64,000 bases of DNA from Candidatus Saccharimonadales bacterium (lineage in GTDB: Bacteria > Babelota > Babeliae > Babelales > Chromulinivoraceae): positions 56,088 to 120,087 of the forward strand of contig DATIJN010000140.1 of the NCBI GenBank assembly GCA_035478615.1. The letters are read 5' to 3'. Each line of letters opens with the position of its first letter. Within the stretch, counting starts at the first letter, position 1. Positions 39,229-47,820 of this stretch are shown here, one piece after another. The notes under the pieces are model-generated. The model ran no database searches. It had not been told where the DNA came from and saw only the letters and a list, made by a program, of their open reading frames with translations. Made by a program: the position numbers and the translations under genes.

Positions 39229-39594
39229 TTAATCCGATTCAGAGCACGATTTGCTACAATGTTCTTCATTGACATTAGCATATTGAGAATATAAATGAAG
39301 AGCCATGTTCCATTCCATATGTGGTTTGTTGGTGCGATAATTCACTTGGTTATGAAATTTCCAAGTCCAAATAAACATACCCAATTTGTCATTTTTAAAA
39401 TCTTTTAACGGATGGTTTTTAATATATTCTAAGCTGTGTTTTTTACATACATCACAAGGAAAGTAATCAATGATTACTTTCAATGTTTTAATAAACGCAT
39501 CTTGTTGTTTATTCGTTTTAGCATGAAATGCTAATGTATGTATCACATTCCATGTACCAGGTCCAATATACTGTGGATTATTAGTATTACTCAT
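39229..39594 (-). CDS. Erv1/ALR-family sulfhydryl oxidase (poxvirus E10R-like)
   Basis: GPGTWNVIHTLAFH...YFPCDVCKKHSLEYI (CxxC redox motif in the Erv1 helix context). Confidence 0.7.
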   Translation of the reverse strand: MSNTNNPQYIGPGTWNVIHTLAFHAKTNKQQDAFIKTLKVIIDYFPCDVCKKHSLEYIKNHPLKDFKNDKLGMFIWTWKFHNQVNYRTNKPHMEWNMALHLYSQYANVNEEHCSKSCSESD

Positions 39595-39658
39595 TTACAT
39601 TGATAAATATTTATTTAAATAAATTTATATGATGATTCATATAAATTAAAAATGATAT

Positions 39659-40504
<846 letters not shown>

Positions 40505-40552
40505 TTATATATATATATATAAAATATATAAAAAATATATATTTTTGTAAAA

Positions 40553-41824
40553 TTATGATAAATTACCAAATACTGGTAAATGCATTTCACCATAATTACA
40601 TCCAGATACAGGATTGGTAATCACTTCATTAAAACTAGGAGCATAGGTTCCCATATGATTACCAAACGTGGTTATAATTCTATCATAAGCCAATCTAAAA
40701 CTACTGAAACAACATGTTCCAGATATAGCAGTTGATTGAATGACAGCTGGTGTTGTACCTAAAATATCAGAAATTAATTTTTGTGACGATCCATTTTGAT
40801 TGGTATCAGCCATCATAATAATTTGACTCGTAGTTTGAATACCAACTGTATTAAATGCATTTTGTAATCCAGATATATAACTATCACGATCGTGAGTAAA
40901 ATGGGAACCAACGACATAGACATTAAAATTAGATTGATTTTTTGATGTAAATTGTTGAATTAATGTTGGTCTACCATTTGCATCTGTACTATCAGCAATG
41001 CAAAATTTATAAGCATTACCAACGGGTTGCCACAGATTTTGATTATAAATTAAGGTAGTAACATCACCTGATGTGATTGGTCCAGAACCACAATGGCCAA
41101 CAATTTTAGTATAGTTAGATGGTGGTTGATATTGATCATATTCTAATTCAATGATATTTGCAAAATCAACATTTCTTGATACTATATTACTATTAATATA
41201 ATCTATCGCGACATTATAACAACATTGATTAGTAAAACATTGCCAATGTGGATTCCATTGGAATAAAGAAATGGCAGGACCATTATATTCAGGAGAACCA
41301 GATTGATGATGGCGTAATGTCATGCTACCACTTACTAATAAACCAGACATTGAATTTTGACTCGTCACAATACTTACATTTTGTATTTTATCAATGGTCA
41401 ATTTAAAACCTAATGGTAATATCACCGTAGTGGATACACCCGGTACGGAACCCACCGTACTGACTCCGATAATATTTGTCATAGTCATATCATCTGGGTC
41501 ACGAACCGATACACCAATAGTACGTTGACTTATATCATCACTAGGTTGATAAGTTAAATTTGCACCTATAAAATAAGTACCAGGCAATAATGTAAATGTA
41601 CCATTATAATACATAATATGTGAACCACTAATAAACCAATTGATAATTTGTTTTTGATTCGGCTCGATGAATTGATTGGTTACTACTCCTGATAGATTAG
41701 GAATTGGTTCAGGTTGTATTTGATTTTCTTCTTTGTTACGAAATATAAAATATAAAAAAATAACAATAGCAACAACAAAGACAACGACAACAAATATAAT
41801 TAATATGACAATACCATTATCCAT
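40553..41824 (-). CDS. Membrane-anchored protein: jelly-roll-like domain + endonuclease/exonuclease/phosphatase (EEP)-like domain
   Basis: N-terminal anchor IVILIIFVVVVFVVAIVIFLYFIF. C-half carries, in EEP order, LFQWN, NIIELE, VVGSHFTH, IIMMADTN, LAYDRII, GEMHLPV. Confidence 0.45.
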   Translation of the reverse strand: MDNGIVILIIFVVVVFVVAIVIFLYFIFRNKEENQIQPEPIPNLSGVVTNQFIEPNQKQIINWFISGSHIMYYNGTFTLLPGTYFIGANLTYQPSDDISQRTIGVSVRDPDDMTMTNIIGVSTVGSVPGVSTTVILPLGFKLTIDKIQNVSIVTSQNSMSGLLVSGSMTLRHHQSGSPEYNGPAISLFQWNPHWQCFTNQCCYNVAIDYINSNIVSRNVDFANIIELEYDQYQPPSNYTKIVGHCGSGPITSGDVTTLIYNQNLWQPVGNAYKFCIADSTDANGRPTLIQQFTSKNQSNFNVYVVGSHFTHDRDSYISGLQNAFNTVGIQTTSQIIMMADTNQNGSSQKLISDILGTTPAVIQSTAISGTCCFSSFRLAYDRIITTFGNHMGTYAPSFNEVITNPVSGCNYGEMHLPVFGNLS

Positions 41825-41850
41825 TTAAAATAATTATTAAATATAATTAT

Positions 41851-42552
41851 TTAATTATTTTTACCTTGCGCAATATACAACAACACACGTTCATTGGGTA
41901 ACCAATGATGTCCAGGATTGCGGACGAGTTGAACATACCATGTGGTTTGACTAGTAAAATCTTCTGGTTTTGCCTGATCTGGGGGATCAATTGTTCCCAA
42001 AGTAACATGATTACTACCCCAAGGTTTCGTCCAAGAACCACCAGCAGAAGTTTGTAAATAGTTTTTCAATGTGTTAATGGTTGACGCACCATATACCATC
42101 ATAATGACTAAATTTTTTGATTTGGCTTGTTTTACTTTTGTTGTAATTCCTGGTAATTGTAAATTCCATTGCGTATTATTCATTCTAAATCCTTGCATCG
42201 CATTGACTATACTATAATTTGATGGCATGGATTGTGATGGAAATAACGTCATATGATATCCACCATACTTTTTTGCCTCTTTGTTCAATGGTGGTTGTAT
42301 AGCAGGGACACAATATAAAGAATATTTAGTCGTTCCACCCAAATCTAATTCAATAGGCAATGGTTCGGCGTCGATGACGTCGGTTTCTTCGATATCGTCA
42401 TCCGCACCGATGATATCATCTTTGATATCATCCTTATTTGATGGTTGATGAACTAAATAAATAATTAAAATGATGATAGCAACAATGAATAAAATAAAAA
42501 CGATACCAATAATAAACCATATGGCATAATTTGGCGATTCTGTTTCGTTCAT
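41851..42552 (-). CDS. Membrane-anchored 2H phosphoesterase-like protein
   Basis: N-terminal anchor IWFIIGIVFILFIVAIIILIIYLV and an acidic linker. Two H-x-T-x motifs, GGYH(100)MTLF and SNH(182)VTLG, lie 82 residues apart. Confidence 0.5.
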   Translation of the reverse strand: MNETESPNYAIWFIIGIVFILFIVAIIILIIYLVHQPSNKDDIKDDIIGADDDIEETDVIDAEPLPIELDLGGTTKYSLYCVPAIQPPLNKEAKKYGGYHMTLFPSQSMPSNYSIVNAMQGFRMNNTQWNLQLPGITTKVKQAKSKNLVIMMVYGASTINTLKNYLQTSAGGSWTKPWGSNHVTLGTIDPPDQAKPEDFTSQTTWYVQLVRNPGHHWLPNERVLLYIAQGKNN

Positions 42553-42583
42553 TTATAATTATAAATTTTATAATTATAAATTT

Positions 42584-43231
42584 TTATATATTCATCATAA
42601 TACAAAATCCTTCAATCTGACACACCACATCAGCTAAATCATCTTTTTTTTTATTTTTTTTCAATAACGATAATGTATACTCGTCGTTTCGTTTTAACGA
42701 AAGTTCCGTTGCTTTTTCAACCGCCCATTTTTTCAATTCATTTTTATTACATTTCGGCGCGCCGAGCATTTTACCTTTTACTTTTGCATCTAATTCAATG
42801 ATTGACGGTAATAAGGGTAAATCTTTTAATGTTAATAAAAAATAACTTAAAATATGCTGAGCTACTCGCGTCGCTTGATAATTGGTTGGTAATTGTTTTT
42901 CAATCAATACGTAATGCGTACTAGCATAATACTCATGCAAATTATTTAATATATCATTAATATTATTATACATGTTATTTGCTTCAGCATGATCTATTGT
43001 TTTCATTTCCCATGGGGAAAATTTACCCGAGTATAAACAGACAACATTGTCACCTGTACGTTGTTCGACACGGATGGCTAAATTTTTAATTGCTGGATCG
43101 ATAGATATGAATTGTATTAAATCAGACTCCCAACATCGTTTTTTAATATCTGTGGTATGGGGATAATATAATGTGTATAAACTTTTACTAGGTTGTTGCG
43201 TTTTGGGAACTTGTAATCCATAATATGACAT
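42584..43231 (-). CDS. Holliday junction resolvase, poxvirus A22/RuvC-like
   Basis: FISIDPAIKNLAIRVE (first catalytic Asp strand), VLIEKQLP, KKDDLADVVCQIEGF. Confidence 0.65.
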   Translation of the reverse strand: MSYYGLQVPKTQQPSKSLYTLYYPHTTDIKKRCWESDLIQFISIDPAIKNLAIRVEQRTGDNVVCLYSGKFSPWEMKTIDHAEANNMYNNINDILNNLHEYYASTHYVLIEKQLPTNYQATRVAQHILSYFLLTLKDLPLLPSIIELDAKVKGKMLGAPKCNKNELKKWAVEKATELSLKRNDEYTLSLLKKNKKKDDLADVVCQIEGFCIMMNI

Positions 43232-43250
43232 TGATCGATTTATTTTAAAA

Positions 43251-43748
43251 ATGATGTCATTTTACCAAAATAAAATTAAAATGTTGTATCATGATCTATA
43301 TCGTAAAATTCTGTTATATTGTGATATAAATACCATTATGTCCTTTTATCTAACATCAAAAAAAGACCATTTTGATAAAGCATTTTGGTTACAAAAAATA
43401 ATACATGATGATCTATTCACAATCAATAATCAAATATGTATCAATGAATATCGTAAAATAAATCGCTGCCAAGAAATAGTAAATAAATATATCATGCAAA
43501 ATAAAACATTGACTATCAATAACAATAAAATTAAATCTAGCTTATTACCATATCATATCAAAATATTATGTGGTATATATAATCATTCCGCATACAGCTA
43601 TCATGATGATTATGATATTACAATAAATATAAATACATCTGATTATTATATATGTTATATAAAAGATAGATTTAACTGTCATGGTTTAACAACAAAAGCA
43701 ACAAAATTATTATTGCAATATCTAATCTATTTTAATCTAATTAAATAA
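43251..43748 (+). CDS. F-box-like N-terminal domain protein
   Basis: LYHDLYRKILLYCDINTIMSFYLTSKKDHFDKAFW. Confidence 0.5.
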   Translation: MMSFYQNKIKMLYHDLYRKILLYCDINTIMSFYLTSKKDHFDKAFWLQKIIHDDLFTINNQICINEYRKINRCQEIVNKYIMQNKTLTINNNKIKSSLLPYHIKILCGIYNHSAYSYHDDYDITININTSDYYICYIKDRFNCHGLTTKATKLLLQYLIYFNLIK

Positions 43749-43765
43749 TTTTGTATTATAATAAA

Positions 43766-45259
43766 ATGTTTAAACAAGATGATATAAAAAAAATAGAATA
43801 TGACCATATTGAATATCAAATACGATTCAACGACATGAATCGTACCCAATTTCAACACATGATAAAACATATTCAAAATCCTAACACGACCATATCAACC
43901 AATTATTACGATGTTAAAAATAATATTAAAAAAACCTATTTATTAACTGAACAAAATGAAGTAGAACATGAAACAATTCACTTTTATTGTAAAAAAACAA
44001 TACATACTATAAATCACCCCGATTATCCAATTTCTTTGTTGGTTCAACAAAATCAACCCACGATGGAAACGGATGATTTATCGTTAACGATAAATAAAGA
44101 TAAATTAAATTATCATTATATCATCAATGATGATATTACCTTAATATTATCTGAAACGACAATGGATATGATGACCACGTATCATATGAAAATACAATTT
44201 AAAAACACAGATTCATTAACTATTGTGAATGAAATGATTGTCAATCTATTGATGATGATGAATAATACAGAAGTATTGTATACAGAACATGAGCGGTTAT
44301 CTATGATTCATGATTGTTGCCATGCATTAAAAATACCATTATCTAACGATTTAGACAATGTATTTGTCAAATTACAACACATCAAATTAACTGATATCAA
44401 TCAGTTAACTGGTACATACGTTGTATCAAACAAAGCCAAAGGTACTCGTACATTACTTATATTTCATCATACAGGTATTTGGCTCGTTAAACCTAAACAA
44501 CCTTATCATTATAATTTGTTGTTAAAATATGATGATAATCATCTTTACCGTTATTTGATTAATTCTTGGCAATTAACCATTTTTGATGGCGATATCATAA
44601 AACCGTTAAACAAAACAGATTATGAATTTAACTACCGATATTGGTATTTAGCACATGATTGTTTAGTATTTAATCATCATGACATACGACATATGACATA
44701 CGATAAACGTATTGATTATGCTAAAACATGTCAAAAATTAATCACTTGGTATATTGAAGATGAATTTTTATGTTTTAGTTTAAAATCAACGCGTGGATTC
44801 ATTGCTGGAGATGCTGATATGGTTGATAAAATCAAATACATTATGACGATAGGCGAGGTGTTGAATTATGAACATACAGGTCTTGTTTTTACACCAAATA
44901 GTCAATATGATAATAATAAAACATATAAATTATATTACCCATCCCAAATTACTATTGATTTTGCTATCTATGATTCGGGAAATCCGAATCAGTTGAAATT
45001 ATACGTTTATGATCAAGAAAAAATGCAAGATGTGGAGTTTGTTGGTACACAACAACTCCCGTTTGACGAATCAATGATTTTACACTCATCTTTGATGCCT
45101 TATTATAATAATAATAAAATGATTGCTGAATGCCGCTGGGATCAAGTTTTAAACAAAATGGTATTTGTCAAAATAAGATCAGATAAATATGAACCAGATG
45201 ATATTAGATTAGTGATTGAAAATTGGCAAAATATCAATGATCCGATTATTGATTGTTAA
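43766..45259 (+). CDS. Degenerate paralogue of the capping-enzyme triphosphatase-guanylyltransferase module
   Basis: Collinear with residues 1-500 of ORF 51794-56551 (VVSNKAKGTRTLLIFHHTGIWLV vs VIAHKADGERHYLIYNPIGIWLV; ITIDFAIY..LKLYVYD vs ITIDFEIV..INLYVFD; IENWQNINDPI vs ESNWHDIHDPI), but catalytic residues are replaced. Track start 43751 is TTG; ATG is at 43766. Confidence 0.6.
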   Translation: MFKQDDIKKIEYDHIEYQIRFNDMNRTQFQHMIKHIQNPNTTISTNYYDVKNNIKKTYLLTEQNEVEHETIHFYCKKTIHTINHPDYPISLLVQQNQPTMETDDLSLTINKDKLNYHYIINDDITLILSETTMDMMTTYHMKIQFKNTDSLTIVNEMIVNLLMMMNNTEVLYTEHERLSMIHDCCHALKIPLSNDLDNVFVKLQHIKLTDINQLTGTYVVSNKAKGTRTLLIFHHTGIWLVKPKQPYHYNLLLKYDDNHLYRYLINSWQLTIFDGDIIKPLNKTDYEFNYRYWYLAHDCLVFNHHDIRHMTYDKRIDYAKTCQKLITWYIEDEFLCFSLKSTRGFIAGDADMVDKIKYIMTIGEVLNYEHTGLVFTPNSQYDNNKTYKLYYPSQITIDFAIYDSGNPNQLKLYVYDQEKMQDVEFVGTQQLPFDESMILHSSLMPYYNNNKMIAECRWDQVLNKMVFVKIRSDKYEPDDIRLVIENWQNINDPIIDC

Positions 45260-45271
45260 AATAAATAGTAT

Positions 45272-45279
45272 AAAATTGA
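45272..45279 (+). promoter_or_regulatory. AAAATTGA (Mimivirus early-promoter-type octamer) upstream of the GT25 gene
   Basis: Exact octamer ending 20 nt before the ATG at 45299. Chance matches are expected in DNA this AT-rich. Confidence 0.4.
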
Positions 45280-45298
45280 ATTATTTATTTTTAAAAAA

Positions 45299-45928
45299 AT
45301 GGAATGGCATGCAAAAATTGACAAATTGATATTTATCAATCTGGATTACCGTACTGATCGATATAATGAATTACTACAACAATTACACAACATTTCTTTT
45401 CCACAAGAAAAAATAATGCGTTTTTCAGCTTTACAAGGTAGTAGTGGTCCCGTTGGTTGTTGTTTAAGTCACGCCGCTGTATTAAAAAAAGCCCATGAGA
45501 TGAATTTAAATAATGTTTTAATTTTAGAAGATGATTGTAACTTTATTGAAGATGTTGATAATATTAATAAAACGATGAATTATTTTTTTAATACCATTGC
45601 ACCACTCGGATGGGATGCTTTTTTATTTCATTGTGGTAATATAAATATTGATCGTATCGATGATATCATGAATCGATGTTTATCGAGTTCTAACGCGGTT
45701 GCTTATTTAGTCACAAATAAAATCATGTTAGATTTAGCCAATTTAATTCAAGAAGGTGCTGAATTATTACATCAAACTGGTGCACATTGGCTTTATCAAA
45801 ATGATGTGGTATGGGATAAACAAATGTCTGTGAGTCAATGGTACTCACCGAATGAATCACTTTGTTATCAGAGACCAAGTTATAGCGATTTATCTGAAGA
45901 AGTTGTTGATCATCGTTACCCAGTATAA
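45299..45928 (+). CDS. Glycosyltransferase family 25-like
   Basis: IDKLIFINLDYRTDRYNEL, GCCLSHAAVLKKA, VLILEDDCNF. An exact AAAATTGA lies at 45272-45279. Confidence 0.65.
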   Translation: MEWHAKIDKLIFINLDYRTDRYNELLQQLHNISFPQEKIMRFSALQGSSGPVGCCLSHAAVLKKAHEMNLNNVLILEDDCNFIEDVDNINKTMNYFFNTIAPLGWDAFLFHCGNINIDRIDDIMNRCLSSSNAVAYLVTNKIMLDLANLIQEGAELLHQTGAHWLYQNDVVWDKQMSVSQWYSPNESLCYQRPSYSDLSEEVVDHRYPV

Positions 45929-45950
45929 AAACAAATATAACATATAAAAT

Positions 45951-46830
45951 ATGAAAATTATATATTCATATCCACCACCTGGCTATGTTGGATTTTGATG
46001 CAATAAAAACGGAAGTTTTTTACCCCATCATCAAATCTGATAAAACGTTAGCCATTCCTTACGGAGATGGTTTAGTTGAAGACGAACCTCAAAATAATGC
46101 TTATGATTATAATAAATATCACGAAGATATTTTATTAGCTGTACACTGTTACAGAAATGTCAAAACGGTTAAAAATCGTTTAATTTGTTTACCTTTGGAT
46201 GATGATATTTTTGAATATGGATTACCAATATATACTTAATCAACAAGCACCAAACGTTGACTTGACATGGCATGATAAAAAACCGCTAGTTTATTGGCGA
46301 GGAAATGGTAATATGCACACCTATCATAATCCCCGCGCAGCAATGGTGACTATGATGAATAATTATGAGCACGCCAATGTCCGATTTATAAGGACACGAG
46401 ATACCAAAGAATAAGATTGGAATACTCCCTATTTTGATAAACGTTATGATGGTTGGTATCAACCTGTACCACTTTCTGAATTTATAGAACATAAATATTT
46501 GTTAATGATTGATAATTATATTATCACGTCAGGTTTACAAGTCATTTTTGGCTGTGGTAGTGTTCCTGTTTTAATAACACATCCTGCTACACAATTTTGG
46601 TTCAAAGAACTTTAATACCCTTTGTCAATTATGTACCAGTTGATATTAATTTAAACGATTTGAAATCAACAATAGAATTGTTGATTAAAAATGACGAATT
46701 AGCTAAACGTATTGCCATTAACGCGAGGTCGTTTGATAATGCTGTATTTAATCCGACATACCAACGAGAATATATTGAATCACAGATTCGTGGTGATAAA
46801 ATGCCACCTATCGATGTATTATATATATAA
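45951..46830 (+). pseudogene. Fragmented GT90/CAP10-like glycosyltransferase gene
   Basis: Homologous pieces are spread over frames: 45951 (15 codons), 45985-46239, 46199-46414, an in-frame TAA at 46412 with the frame then open to 46614 (KYLLMIDNYIITSGLQVIFGCGSVPVLITHPATQFWF), and 46597-46830 (LIPFVNYVPVDINLNDLKSTIELL). Confidence 0.55.
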
Positions 46831-46833
46831 TAT

Positions 46834-46867
46834 ATCATATAAAGTATAAAACTGGTTTTATATTTTA
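46834..46867. repeat. 34-bp direct repeat, copy 1 (contains hairpin)
   Basis: atcatataaagtataaaactggttttatatttta; an identical copy lies at 47784-47817. Confidence 0.95.
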
Positions 46868-47722
46868 TGTACTATAATTATCAATATCAGGTTCTAATGT
46901 TAATATACCATTCACATCAGAAATAATATCATATTTATCAACAGTTCGTGTTTTATCAACAGCTAATGCTACACTAGCAAACAAGATATCTTCAATGTTT
47001 ATACGTGAACCTTTTAATGATTGTGATATGGTAACACTCATAAATGGATTATCAACTTTAATGTATTTTTTAGTTTTTAGTAGTGGTAACTTAGTTTTCG
47101 TTTTATCATTATACCATTGTTTAGGCTTTTCATACCACGTATCTTCGATATATTTAATGATGATAGTTGAATAAGGAACAGTAATCTGGGCTAATTCATG
47201 CAATATTTTGTTATCAAATTTAATTAAATATTCTACATAGTCTTCCAAATCAGAAGCCTTCTCAATTTTCTTCAGTGTATCACTGTCGAAAATTTTTGCA
47301 CCTAATTGAATTACTTTATCAAAATCGATATCATCCTTTTCTTTAAAAATTTCTGGTTCCCAATTAAATCCTCGACCACTAAGATAATAAGGACATATAG
47401 TATTTAAAACAATAAAGAAATCTTTCTTTAAATTTTCCCATTGTTGCTGATATGACTTTAAGTATTGTTTATTAATGGCGCGCGATTTTGTTATTGGTAA
47501 ATATGATGCGATTTCGCCAACAATTTCTTCTGGTATATTTACTTGTTCGGTGGTGGATTTAGCGTCTTTTGTGTCTTTTAAAGCAAGAATTAAATCAACT
47601 TTCTTGACTGTTTTTAAATTATATTTAAGTTTAATATCATTTTTGATATAATAATCTGATAAATTTTTGTATTCCTGTGTATAACGTAATTGTTCCAAAA
47701 TGATAGGAATTGTCTGTTCCAT
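46865..47722 (-). CDS. SAP-like + F-box-like family protein
   Basis: N-terminal block shared with 10739-11422 and 59208-60032, followed by IPEEIVGEIASYLPITKSRAINKQY. Confidence 0.55.
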   Translation of the reverse strand: MEQTIPIILEQLRYTQEYKNLSDYYIKNDIKLKYNLKTVKKVDLILALKDTKDAKSTTEQVNIPEEIVGEIASYLPITKSRAINKQYLKSYQQQWENLKKDFFIVLNTICPYYLSGRGFNWEPEIFKEKDDIDFDKVIQLGAKIFDSDTLKKIEKASDLEDYVEYLIKFDNKILHELAQITVPYSTIIIKYIEDTWYEKPKQWYNDKTKTKLPLLKTKKYIKVDNPFMSVTISQSLKGSRINIEDILFASVALAVDKTRTVDKYDIISDVNGILTLEPDIDNYST

Positions 47723-47783
47723 TTTATAATTATTTTAAATAAAAATAATCATTTTATCATGACAACATTAGACATAAGATACG

Positions 47784-47817
47784 ATCATATAAAGTATAAA
47801 ACTGGTTTTATATTTTA
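47784..47817. repeat. 34-bp direct repeat, copy 2
   Basis: Identical to 46834-46867. Confidence 0.95.
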
Positions 47818-47820
47818 AAA

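Noticed and set aside
46834-47817. Whether the repeat-flanked cassette is a transposon or other autonomous mobile element.
   Set aside because: I saw no transposase, integrase or homing-endonuclease motif and no terminal inverted repeats beyond the hairpin itself. It is reported as a duplication or insertion footprint, not as a mobile_element feature.
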